Below are positions 1 through 12,343 of a stretch of 64,000 nucleotides of DNA, piece after piece. Every line of letters starts with the position of its first letter. The first letter of the stretch is position 1. Below the pieces are notes generated by a model that was given only the letters and a program-made list of their open reading frames with translations, was not told the origin of the DNA and did no database searches. Origin of the DNA: Lama glama (lineage: Eukaryota); assembly GCA_028534125.1 (NCBI GenBank), contig CM052816.1:3908001-3972000 (forward strand), given 5' to 3'. A program made the position numbers and the translations under genes.

Positions 1-264
1 AATGCTTAACACCGCACGAGGGAATGGAATCTGAGTTTCCACGACCTTGACCTGTCTCCACACAGATTACACTTCCACTTAAACAAAGAACACTCTTCTT
101 TTAAACGACATCATTTGGAGCTGTCACGCATCCAAATGCATGCAGCTCATGGGCTTTCGTGTTCCCTACTTCACAATAAGATCATTTATTACGGAGCATG
201 AACAAGAAGGAAAGGGAAGGCAAGCTCGTTCCCAAAGGTCTTTTTTTTTTCCCCTCTGTAAAAC

Positions 265-587
265 TATTTATTTGCTCACAGACACAGAAAACAAACTTAC
301 GGTTACCGGCGGGGAAGAGGGTGGGAAGAGGTAAATTGAGAGTTTGAGATTTGCAGATACCAACTAATATACATGAAATAGATAAACAACAAGTTATACT
401 GTATAGCACAGGGAACTATATTTAGTATCTTGTAGTAACTTATGGTGAAAAAGAATATGAAATGAATATATGTATGTTCCTACATGACTGAAGAATTGTG
501 CTGTACACCAGAAATGGACACACTGTAAACTGACTGTACTTCATTAAAAATATATTTTAAAAATTAATAAAATAAAAATTTAAAAAA
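265..587 (+). mobile_element. 5'-truncated lineage-specific L1 3' UTR fragment
   Basis: Matches the 3' UTR of the L1 copies at 34607, 51705 and 59768 (cacagacacagaaaacaaacttacggttacc...ctgtacaccagaaa...A-rich tail). Confidence 0.85.
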
Positions 588-1269
588 GTTTATTTGTACT
601 AATGCTTAGAAGAGAACCAAAGGTCTTCTTGATTTGAAAGTCTACACTAGATGCATCTCCAATGCTGCAAGATCCCAGAATCCGTTAGACATTCTGGAAT
701 GTTCATTCTGACAGCTCATAAGTGGCATTATTTTAAAAACATCCTTTTAACTGCTGTATACTTCCCCAAACATAACCAAAAAACCAAGAAACAAGAATGG
801 ATAAACTTACCTCAACTGGGTTCTGAAATACTTTGTTGGGAGTGCTAATGATTTCTGAAACACAAGGATGAGACTACGATGTGTCTGGGCTGATCCCAAG
901 GCAAAGACACTCAAACTTGGGACAATCGATGCTCCATGACGGGAGCACCCCATGCCTCCGTATCTAGAGCTCTCTCAAGTCAGAGATGGCAAAGGAGTCC
1001 TGGGCAGCTGAGCAGCAGCAAAAATACCCCCACGTGTGCATGGGGCTTTCTGTTGCAGAAAACATTTCCACATCCTTCACTTCCTTTATGCATGTAACAT
1101 TATCAGGGGCAATCGAAACCCCCCTCTTTACAGATGAGACATTTAATTCCCTGAATTTTACCTGACTTTAAAAATCATGCACATTTTAAAAGTTGCACTC
1201 AAACTCACATGCAAGTCTATCAAATGTGACAACACGGATGATGATTCTAAGGGTTGGCTGTGTGCGTTG

Positions 1270-1460
1270 TGTTTTCACTGTGTGCCATGTAACATCGGTA
1301 GGAGCCTTTTAAATTAACTTATCCATCCTCACCACCCTGTTGTATGGATGGAAAAATCTAGACTCAAGAGGCCAGGGGGCTTGCCCTGAGTCACACAGTC
1401 AGAAGCCAGCGGGTAACCCCCACCAGTCTGGCCGCAGAGCCCACGGTGCTGACCATGGCC
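1270..1460 (-). mobile_element. MIR SINE
   Basis: Degenerate MIR core (gatggaaaaatctagactcaagagg...cttgccctgagtcacacag). Confidence 0.6.
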
Positions 1461-1669
1461 ACCACATGGTCCCCCAGGTCAGACTGCTGCCCTGACCATC
1501 AGGTGGAGGCTGGGGCCTTCAGTGCTTCAAGAACACTCATGAATGTATCAACTAAAGAAAGCCAGATAACTATGTATCATTAACACCGGTTGGAAGAATT
1601 TGTGACCAATTTTATACCTAACAGAATAAGAAACATTTCAGGCATCACTATCTGCTAAAAAGCTTTAAG

Positions 1670-1870
1670 GATTTGGAGTTCACACTTTGACGCCAACTAG
1701 CTGTGTGCTTCTGATGGGCGTATCTCTTGTCTCCTTAAATTTCTCCATTTCCTCCTTCATACAATGGAGGTACTAATGGAAAAGCCCCGTAGGGTCATTT
1801 GGGCAGGAGAAGGAGATGATACACGTGTGCCTGGCAACGGTCAAGTGCTCAACAAATGGGAACGTCAATA
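1670..1870 (+). mobile_element. MIR SINE
   Basis: actagctgtgtg...tttcctccttcatacaatggag...gtgcctggca...tgctcaacaaatg. Confidence 0.6.
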
Positions 1871-3224
1871 ATTTTTAAAAGTATAACAGTGCATCTAAAT
1901 CTATCACTCTGAGAATATGGAGCTCTGGTTCTTTGCTCAAGGTATTTGCTCCCTCAACCTGGAAGACTCAGTCCACCTCTATCACCACCTTGTAAGCATT
2001 GGTCAAAGTCCTTTGCTGTCTGCAGACCCTGATGTGGTCTTGCCCCCTCCAGAAACAGTTTCCCGATGGCCCAAGTCGAACCCCTTTTCTCACTGGTATC
2101 CTCACACATTTCTTTCAACCACTGTTCCAAACCTGGGTCCAAATACATCGTGAAAAGGAAATGTCAGTAATAACTGTTCAATTTAAAGTGACTTTCCTTC
2201 TGTTGGTTTTAATTTTGACTTCAAACGCAGCATCCGTGTGAGGAACTGCTACCTTATAGTCTCCCCGCCCCCAGCCCTCTGTGTCCTTCTATTTATTTCC
2301 CCTGGCTCCCAGGCTCTGAACTACTCCCACTTGAGAATGGCTTGGGTCGTAAGCAGAAAAGGGATGCTTCACAGCCTCCCATGGACCAGCAAGTTACCAC
2401 CGAGTCCCACTGCCTGCTGTCTTCAGAGAAGTCAAGACTTTTAGGGGGTGGCCCCCAATTCCCTCATTTTATAGGTAGAAAGAGCAGAGCTAGAAAGGAG
2501 AGAGGGCTTGCCAAGGACTGGTAACTAGCCAAGTTGGAATCAGAAGTCAGGTCTTCAAATTACTGGGTCTTTTGTCCTTTCCATGGCAGGTCACCATCTG
2601 AGTGCAGATCTCTGATCACCCAGACTTCTGAGTGAGCTTCTGGTACTTTTAAGAGCCTCCATTTCTGGCTGGATTCCTGAGCCCTCTCACCATGCACCGG
2701 AAGGCATTCTGCCCACCCAGACGTACGACGTGCTTTCTCTCCCCGCCCCGTGAACTTGCCTTACCTGCCACGTCCCCGGCCTGGATCCATACCCTGACTC
2801 CTCTTCCCACCCCACCTGACAACTCCAGCTTCGCCTTGGGGTCCCTGGTTTTCAATACCTACAGTGCCTACTCCAGCCTGACTCACTGTCCAGGCCAGGT
2901 CCCTTCTCTAATCATCCAAGGCCTGGAATCACAAAGTTTGTACATAAACATGGCTCAGGTTGTCATTATAGTCTTATATTAGATACATTACCCTAGAATC
3001 CGGCATTCTCTTCAGACTCTCTTAGAATCTACCTTAAAGCACATCTGATGACACCTGACTATAATAGTGGAAGAAAGAAACGGGGACATTTTGTTAGGAT
3101 GTGACTTTTGAAAAACACTGTTTATTAAGGGATATTTTTTTACTGTTGTTCTGTATAGATAAGACCCTAAAGGTTTTATTGTCTCTTGGAACTTAAGTTT
3201 TAAAAACCTATTTGTACATTTACC

Positions 3225-3625
3225 CAATTACTAAACACATGTTTACTGTTCTGTCTCCACTACTCTGAATAGTGTCCAGAAAATAGAACCCCAAGAACAA
3301 GATCGATAAAAAGATCCTTCTTCTCATGGGATTTCTATCCCAGTAGCAAGGGGCAAAGTCACCAAGTAACCCCACTCAGGGTGAGAAAGGCTTTGATAGT
3401 AAACATCTATGAGGACACAGAAGCATCGGGGGGCAGGCATCCAATTTGGATTCAAGGGGTCAAGGAAGGCTTCCTGGAAGAAGGGACTCCTATGCTAAGA
3501 GCTAGTGGAAGGACAGGAGCTAGGAAGTAAAGAGAAATGTCAAGCGGACCAGTGTTCCCAGAAGAGAGACCATATACTCAAAGGCTTGGAGTTAAGGAAG
3601 AGTATGGTCCACTTGGGTACCAGAA
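3225..3625 (-). mobile_element. L2 LINE 3' fragment
   Basis: gggtcaaggaaggcttcctggaagaaggg...caaaggcttggag, typical of reverse-oriented L2. Confidence 0.6.
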
Positions 3626-5552
3626 GTATCCACTCCCTCTGGTCCCCTTCCTTGTTCTGAGTTTTACTGTGGGTGCACATATAGATTCAACAGCATTTAC
3701 CTGACCCAAACAACCCAACTTCAGCCACTAAATACATACATATCGACAGGTATACGAATGTACACACACATACACACACACACACACAACAGCACACACT
3801 CTACAGAGAGCACAAGGGAGAGGGATTTGATACTCAAGCGATCTCATTCCTACAGCTTTCTTGCATACCGAGTGTGTCTGCCAGATGTACACTACTCTGG
3901 CATTAAATTTTATACATATAAAATATATATATATATATATTTTTCATGTAATTATCCCCAAACATAAGCCAACTGCTATACCTGGCATGTGGTGCTTAAT
4001 CTAGGGAACTATGGTCTGTTCTAATACTGGAGGAACACTGGCTGTGTCAGACTCCTGGAGAAGTGACACGTACGTTTCTAATACGAAGGAATTTTCAAAG
4101 AGCCATTTTGGGCACATCTGTGTTTTGCATTATGGGCTCTGGATCAATTTCACTTTAGACTCCAAGGAAAGATGCCCCTTTAAAGACAAGAGAATCAAGA
4201 CTGCTAAGAGGAACAGTGACTTGTCCAAGCCCCACATAAGACCAGAGGCAGAATAGCTCCAGGAATCCTGTTTTTCCAGTAAACATTCCTCTAAGAGTCT
4301 TATTTTTCTTTATGATGAATTCCAGTGCCAAACACAGAATTTCTTGGCTCTAAGTTGCATGATGGAATCATAGTTAACCTTTCAGATTCCATGTCATCTT
4401 TTTTTTTTTTAACCATAGTATCAGTCTTTTGAACTATGCAGCATTCATGAATGTTAATCAACTCTACAGTAATTTGTTATAAAAATGGCTGCGGGGCTTG
4501 CCGCCTACAGCAGTGAGCCTGGGGGCTGTTAAGAATACAGTCAATTACACTAAATGTAGCTATTCACCATGACCACAGAGTATTCTACTTTTAGTTACTG
4601 AACGGCCCTTATTAACGAAATAAAAATCTAACAGTTGGTTTTCCTCCTAAAATTGTACTATAACCTTTGAAAGCCCATAAAACATCTTATGTAAATCATC
4701 AGTTCTAGCAACCTTAAATTAGATGCGAGAAATCTGCTTGTGTTTACATGTTTTAGTGAGCAGAATTTGGAAAGGTGACCGACTAAACACAAGTGTTAAT
4801 GTATCCTCAACTGGCTTTAGGAAATGTTTTGCTCCAATTATTACAAGTCAAATTGAATGTTCCTAATGTTTATTACCTTTTGTTGTAAACATCCCATCAA
4901 AGCTCTTGAAAACCACCATTTTTTGGTCTAGGTTTTGAGGAACAACCTACTAGTAAGTGAATGAGAATGAGATAGAAACATTTAGTAACATTTAGCCCTG
5001 CCTGATTTATAAATGAATCTCAAGACACAAAAGTTACCTCCCTATCAATCTATTAAAGCTGGTCTTCAGCTTTGTCTTGCTTATGTCTGTATATAACTTG
5101 ATAGACTTTTAATTTTGTTTCTGACAAAAAAAGAACACAAAGGAGCTCATGCAAGTCTTTGAAGCCTGCAAAGTAATTCTGCCATCTTTTTGTCAGCTTC
5201 TTTTGGCAGAGGAAAGTTGAGGCCAGAGAATGGCATGGAAATGTGGGAGTCGAACACCTCAGAAACCTTGCATAAACATCTGGAGAGTGACCAAATGCAA
5301 GCACAACGTTGCCTGGTAGCACGGGGTTTGGAATGGGACATACCAGGGTTCGACTCCTGTCTCACTATGATTACTTACGTAACATAATGTTCCCGACCCT
5401 TTGGTTTAATAGCTGAAAAATAAGAATAAAAACCATGCATAATTTATCAACCTATGAAGGCTGAAAGAGATAATATAAACATAATGTTTATGATAATAAA
5501 AAACGTACACTGAGCACTTATTACGTGGTAACACAGATTAGGTTGTTCAGCC

Positions 5553-6080
5553 TGTAACACAGAACAAACCTGAGTCCACATTGGATCTATTCCTTTAGCT
5601 CTAACCTTTAGGCTGTTGCCTGGGCTTAGTCATGCTGGCTCTGCACTTTTGGAAAAGAATGTTGCCTGTAGCCTGAAATATACAGGACGGTCCATTCTCA
5701 AGGCTCTGCCTCCCAGGTTTGACCTTTAAAGGTATACACTTTACCATTCATGAAGGGACAGGAAGTGGCAAAACAGGAAACAGTTGGCTTGTTGGTTTAC
5801 AGGAACATCATGACCCGACCAACATGGACAGCTGCAAGAACAAAGGATTTCAGCACCAAAACATTTGCAACAACCAGCCATAACACCCCTTCCCTTTTAG
5901 TATAAAAGAGGCCTGAATTCTAACTTGGATAAGATGGTTATCTGGAACACCGATCCATCATCTTCTTGGTCTGCTGGCTTTCCAAATGAAGTCACTTTTC
6001 CTTGTCCCAACAACTGGCCTCTCAATTTACTGGCCTGTCATGTAGTGAGCAGTACGAGTTTGGACTAGTTTGGACTAACG
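5553..6080 (+). mobile_element. ERV1 solo LTR (MER41-like artiodactyl family), inserted within a MIR
   Basis: Starts TGTAAC, has a TATAAAA box and ends gagtttggact..aac. Homologous to the copies at 11173 and 42291. MIR halves lie at about 5490-5550 and 6085-6250. Confidence 0.8.
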
Positions 6081-6723
6081 AGTACTTCTAACGACTCTAG
6101 GAGGATTACACTACTATTACTCCACTTTATGGATGAGAAAACTGAGTCTCAGAAGGTTTAAGTAACTTAGCCAAAGTCAAAGAGGCTTATGTGCTGCAGA
6201 TGGGATCCACGCCCGGGCAGACTGCCTCCAGAACCACAATCATAACCAAAAACAGCACTTCCTTAACTGTTAAGTACCAAACTCCTCACCAATCCCTCTC
6301 AGCTCCGAGATGCTCTGATTCCACAACTTCTCTAACAAAGTGTGCTTTTTAACAAAGACACTGACATCCTCACTAGTCGCGGCACAGATAGTGGTACAAA
6401 GTGTTAAAGTACTTCGTGATGACGACTAGATAAACGCATGCTTACACGAGAGCATTTATCTGAGCGAAGCACTGCTCTCACACTGGAACCTAATGCTTAG
6501 GGGTGAATTGTAATGAAACTTTGCTGCCACGCCCTGTGCTCAGCCCTCCAAAACTACCACCCCAGGGTAAAGACACATATTTGCATTGTGTGTGAAAGGT
6601 GCAGACTTATTTGATTTTCTTTGCCCAAAGGGTGAAAAATGATACTCCATGATACTCCAAGCTGATTAGGATTCTCAGAGAACACCTATTCTCTGCACTA
6701 GGAAGATTAAGTTTCCTTTTATC

Positions 6724-6777
6724 TGTGTGGTGTGTGGTGTGTGGTGGGTGTGTGGGTGTGTGGGTGCGTGGGTGGGT

Positions 6778-6811
<34 letters not shown>
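6724..6811. repeat. Compound (TGG/TG)n microsatellite
   Basis: Visible TG-rich tandem run. Confidence 0.95.
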
Positions 6812-6813
<2 letters not shown>

Positions 6814-7299
6814 CCCAGAGCCACCTACATGATGATGGGAGGAGTGTCTAAACTCACTTGGCTTTGCAGCCACACCATCTTCTCACTTCACAGCCTCATT
6901 ATTTTTATTTAGAGGCCCTCAGAACTGCTTCCAAGTTGCAGGCAATTCACAAGCCTGATTACCTTGGTCTCCACTCGGCGTCTGTGGATGTTTCCAGCTC
7001 AGTTCTTCCTGAGATTTTTATGTCTGTGATTTCTCAATTACCATTATTTTCAGCTGATGTCATGGGAGAGAAAGGCGAGAGGCTATTTGGAGAATTATAT
7101 TATTTACTCTCAATTTATTCTGTTACCTATGTTACTGAAACAGTATCACAAACTCCAGTCACACAGCTCAGGCAAGACTGGAAAAGCATCCTGCTTCTAC
7201 TTACGGGTGGCAAAAGACACTCCCGCACAGCCCTTGTCTTTGCTTTGCCCTCGTGTACTTCCTCAGAATTTCAGATTGGGACAAAACCCGCAATCTGTC

Positions 7300-7510
7300 T
7301 ATATCCAATTCCAGGCTCTGTACTGCAGACAGGCTTTACACTCACTCCGCTGCTTTCACACACGTCTTATGAGATTAGTACTACCACTGCTATTTTACAG
7401 ACGAGGAAACTGAAGTTGAAATGTTTAGAGATATATTTCACACCACGTGGCTAGGAAGTCACTGAAATGGTATTTAACTCACATCAATGCTAACTTCTAT
7501 GCCACACAGT
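7300..7510 (-). mobile_element. MIR SINE
   Basis: Core attttacagacgaggaaactgaag. Confidence 0.7.
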
Positions 7511-8289
7511 CTTAAGTATCTGCTCCTCAGGTGTTAGTGCTACTAAAAACAAACAAACAAACAAAAGCTTCTCACCTCACAATGCTTCCTAGACGTTATT
7601 TGGTAAGATTTTCTATGAATGAATGAATGAGTGTGTAAAGAGCATACTCCTCCAGCTTTTGTACACTCAGCCTGCTCGACCCCTTCTGTTTAAAGCTGGA
7701 AAAAGAAGGTTGTGCCTACATTTTTTTTAATATGAAAAATGAATACAAAATATAAACTGTGTTCTGATCAAGTTACCAGTCTCTAAAACTTGGTAAACTT
7801 GGTTAAGTAGAACAGCACTTTTTGTCTGGATTTAACTCACGTAAACTCAATGCACTGCAGTAACACTATTATTGCAGGAATTCTTTTGAGACCCAGAGGG
7901 AACCCAGATGAGCCCACAGGATCCTGGAAAGAGTCCAAAGCAAATACGTGCCATCATGATTTCCACAGAGAACATAAAATTGAAGGGCTGGGTTCAAGCT
8001 CCCACCACCAATAGCTGCAGGAGACACAAAAGCCCACAAATGTGGTGCCTGGCATGGGCCCTAGATCTGGCTGAGCCCAAACTTTGGAACTCTTTGCTTT
8101 TGTTCAGACACAGGAAGATAATGTCAAGCAATAGATGCAGTAAGCCTAAAATAAGCTCTTACCATGGACCGTTTGTTATTTGCAACCCACGTTTTGCTTT
8201 TTCTTTGTATCGAAAATCATGGTCTCAATGATTCTGAAAGAACCTTCCAAGTACAGAGACTGGTGTCATCTTGGGTTGCTCTTTTTTGT

Positions 8290-9090
8290 TTCTTCCCCCT
8301 CAAAACCAGCATCTGTCCAGCAGCAAATCCTGCCAACTCTACAAAATAATTCCTCCCTACTTTGCCATCACTCTGGTCCACACCATTATCATCTCACACC
8401 TGGATTATTGTAATAGCCTCCTACCTCATCCCTGTTTCTCCCCTGTCGTTCTGCAGTGCCTTCTCATCTCAGCAGCCACAGCCATGCTGATAAACAAAAA
8501 ATCTGGTCGTTCCTCTTCTTCTGAAGAGTGGCTTCTTTGTCACTCAGGATGAAAAGCTCAGACCTCGTTCTGATTTACAAACACTCCATGATGTGGCCCC
8601 TGCTAACTCTCTGATCTTGTCCCTAATATTTTATCTGTCATCACACTGCCTTAGCCAAACAGAACACTCCTTTATTTCTTCAACATCTATTCATTCCACC
8701 TCAGGGCCTTTGCACATGCCAGTCCCACTGACGCAATGATCTTTGCCCAGACATGTGCTTACACAGCTACCCATCTTCTTGCAGGTCTTTACTCAAAGTC
8801 ACCTAAATGAGGCTTCTCATGGACTATCTAAACTTCTAACTCTATTACTCCAATGACATTTTCTAATCTCCATCTATTTTCCCTCTTTAGAAATTATCAA
8901 TATCTAAAATACTATGCATTTCTTTTTATCTAGCTTAATGTCAGATACCACGTTAGAATGCAAGCTTTACTTAGGGCAGATTTTTGGTTTTTGTCTTTTG
9001 TTTCTTTTCCATCATCAGAACCCACAATAGTGCCTGGCAAATGATAGTTACTCTTAATAATTAAATGTTAAAAGATTAACTGAATAAAAT
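8290..9090 (+). mobile_element. L2a LINE 3' portion
   Basis: catctcacacctggattattgtaatagcctcct...cctcagggcctttgcacatgc...tagtgcctggca...; an ORF2 remnant IISHLDYCNSLL appears in the ORF track. Confidence 0.85.
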
Positions 9091-9674
9091 AATCAATGTA
9101 TAGACTTATGGGAAGATAAGTAAGTAGACAGAATGGAAGTAGATGCAAATACCTGGGACATAGTAGACACTCAGTGACTTCATGGATGAAAAATGGATGA
9201 ATGATAAAATGGTAGTGTGCGGGAGGGTGGTATTGCGGGTGATTTTATTTTATTCTTTAGGTTTATCTATATTTTATCCTATTTATATATAATAAAGTAC
9301 ACATTATTTTTCACTTGTATAGAACTTCAGTTTATGAAATTTTTCCATATATCAAATCTTGTTCTACCCACTGGGTAATACACTAAATAGATTATATTCC
9401 CTTTTTACATGTGAAGAACTGAGTCCAAGAGGAAATAAACTGATTATCAAAGAGCTCACAGCTAGCAAGTGACAAAGACTGAAAAATAAGAAGGGACTGA
9501 TTCTTCTGTTTATGTAAAGTGATGGGAAAACGACAGGCTGTCTTTTTCTAGAAAAAAAGTAGGCTTATATCAGAATTTCTACACACTAGGCGCTTGCTGA
9601 TGGCAATGAGGTTAGAGAAGTCTTGACTTGAGGCTGGCTCTATATAATGCTGGGCATAAATTTAAAAAATACAC

Positions 9675-10255
9675 ATTTACTATTTTAGATTGCAGCAAAA
9701 TACATATAACATAAAATTTCCCATCTTAATCTTTTTAAGTGTATAGTTCAGCAGTGTTAAGTACATTCACACTGTTGTGCAACCATCACTACCATCCACA
9801 CCTCCAGAGATCTTTTCATCTTGTAAAACTTAAACTCTGTACCCATTAAACAGTAACTGTATTTTTCTCTTCCCCCTAACTGCTAGCAACCACTATTCTA
9901 CTTTCCTTTGGTTATGAATCTGACTGTGCTAGCTGCCTCATATCAGGGCAAACAGATAGACGTGCCCTTTTGTGACTGGCTTATTTCACATAGCATAATA
10001 CTGTCAAGGTTCACCTCTGTTGCAGTATGTTAGAGTGCCCCTCTTTCTAAAGGCTGAATAATGTTCTACTGTATGAATATAGAACATTCTGTTTATCCAT
10101 TTATCTGTCAGTGGGCACTTGGGTTGATACTACCTTGTGGCCTTTGTATATAGTGCTACTATGAACACTGGTGTACAATCATCTGTCTGTATCCCTGCTT
10201 CACTCTTTTGGGGTCTATGCCTAGAAGTGAAATTGCAGGCTTATACAGTAATTAG
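9675..10255 (-). mobile_element. Old L1 (L1MB-like) 3' end
   Basis: acataacataaaatttcccatcttaa...tgtgactggcttatttcacatagcataa...gctactatgaacactggtgtacaa. Confidence 0.85.
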
Positions 10256-10419
10256 AAATTTTTATAGCAGAGCATAAGAGTACCTAGTAAAATATTATTG
10301 CTAGAGAGCAGGTGCCTAAACCTACACTTCATTGGGCTTGAAGACAAGAACACACTAGGACACACCGTTTCCATCCCAGAGTGCGTTGCTGTCTTTATTT
10401 TCAGGGAGAACAGACATTC

Positions 10420-10720
10420 ATATTTTCCACCATCTCCTGAATGTCTGCCATGCACTAGGCTATGGGCATTCAGTAGTGATCAAGACAGAAATAGTCCTTG
10501 ATTTCATGGAGCTTACAACCATTTAAAAAGCGGCAGATACTATTACATAAATCACAGCAAATCACTACTTTATGACTGGGATATGTGCTCTAATGAGAAA
10601 ACACCGTGTGTCATGAGAATACTGAACAGGCTAGCCTCTGGTGTGTGTGTTGGGGGGGGTGACGTGTGCAGAAGAGCCTTCTGCAAGAATCAGCGTAAGT
10701 TTTACAATGTGAATGGGAGT
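10420..10720 (-). mobile_element. L2 fragment
   Basis: tgcactaggctatggg...cagtagtgatcaagacaga...ttcatggagcttaca. Confidence 0.55.
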
Positions 10721-11172
10721 TTGGCACCCAATAAATATCAAATTTATTTGTAGTGTCAACAAGCAATGTTGAGCATCATTAGATTACTCCCTCCAAATTT
10801 TAAAACCATACTCCAAAGATTCACAATAATGTTGACAATATTCATATGCTCATCAGATGAATTAATTAAACTAATTAGCTTAAAGTTTAATTAAATAGTA
10901 GCTATTAACTTCATTATAGTTGTAACACTGACTTACTTTTTAAGGTGGTGGTTTGGGATTTTACATATAATTATTCTCCTCCGTAATGTTTTATCTTTTA
11001 TTTCAGTGGCTTAAAGATGTGTGTATCTTAGGGGAAACTGTTAGGAAAGTAAGCTTTATCTTTTTCCTTTTGGTCATTATTTTTCAATGATGATCAGTTG
11101 TGGTTCTCATCTATCACCTGGCCAATTATGTGACCAAAGTAAAACCTGGAGATTCAAAGGCCACACAGTTCC

Positions 11173-11700
11173 TGTAACAGAGAACAACAAACCTGACTCC
11201 ATATTGGATCTATTCCTTTAGTGCTAACCTTTATGCTCTGTTGTCTGTGCTTATCTGTGCTGACTCTGCACCTTTTGTAAAAGAATGTTGCCCATGGCCT
11301 GAAATAGACAGACAACTCATTCTTAAGGCTCTGACCTTTGAAGGTATAACAGTTTTCCATTCACATAAAGATAAAAAGTTGTAGAATAGAGAATAACACT
11401 TGTCTCATTGCAAGTTTATAGGAACAATGGGACCAGACCAACGTGGACAGCTGCAAGAACAAAGGGCAAAGAATTCCAGCACCAAGAAGTCTGCAAAAAC
11501 CAGCCACACTTCCTCTGCTTTTATTGTAAAAGTAGCCTGAATTCTAACTTGGGTAAGACGATTCTTTGGGACAAGAGTCCATCATCTTCTCAGTCATCTG
11601 GGTTTCTAAATAAAGTTGTTATTCTTCACCCCAACAACTCATTCCTCAATTTATTTGCTTGTCCATGCGGTGAGCAGTAGGAGCTTGGACTCTTGTTACA
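11173..11700 (+). mobile_element. ERV1 solo LTR (MER41-like), copy 2
   Basis: TGTAAC...GTTACA inverted termini and an AATAAA signal; homologous to the copies at 5553 and 42291. Confidence 0.85.
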
Positions 11701-11949
11701 TTTATGTTGTACTCTGTAAACCTCCAAGGAACAGAAGGAATGAGTGCAGGGTAAGTATTGTATAAGCTCTTCCCCAACTCTGAATTCAAAATCTTTATTT
11801 TCCATAGCATTTTCTGGAACACTTTATGAAGCACACTTGGGAGAATGCCAACACAGCATGCCTTTAGTCTCGGATATTTACAGGGGAGTGACCATCTTGC
11901 TCTCAAAGTTTCTGAGTGACTGTAAGGGGGGACTAGGGGGCCACTGATA

Positions 11950-12310
11950 ACATTACTAATACTTTTAAAACTGCATAAAATACGGAAAGGGTATTATCAG
12001 GACAATGGATAAAGTTTTAATATGGACTGTGGATTAGGTAATAGAATTGTAGCAATTTAAAGTGGCCTGAAGTTTGTTTGTTTTGCTCTGCTTATGTAAG
12101 AGAGTATCCTTTGTCTTAAGAAATACACACAGAAATATTTAAAAGCAAAGGGATATGATTCTGAATTTCTTTTTTTTAAAGCAGGTGTGTGAGTAGAGAG
12201 AAACAAAGGGAGAGGAAAAGGAAGAGAGAGAGAGGGAAAAAAGGGAGGGAAGAGAGGGGAGAGTGAGAAGAAACTTTACCTGCAGTTTAGCTATAAATCT
12301 GGTATTTTAC
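11950..12310 (+). mobile_element. Old L1 (L1MC/ME-like) 3' fragment
   Basis: tttaatatggactgtggattagg...cttatgtaagagagtatcctttgtcttaagaaatacacacagaaatatttaa. Confidence 0.6.
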
Positions 12311-12312
12311 AG

Positions 12313-12343
<31 letters not shown>

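Noticed and set aside
6858..7454. 198-aa plus-strand ORF
   Set aside because: Non-ATG start, runs into a MIR and resembles no protein I recognise.
6081..11172. Possible provirus between two same-orientation LTRs
   Set aside because: The interior is MIR, L2, old L1 and unique DNA with no PBS, gag or pol signal, so these are independent solo LTRs.
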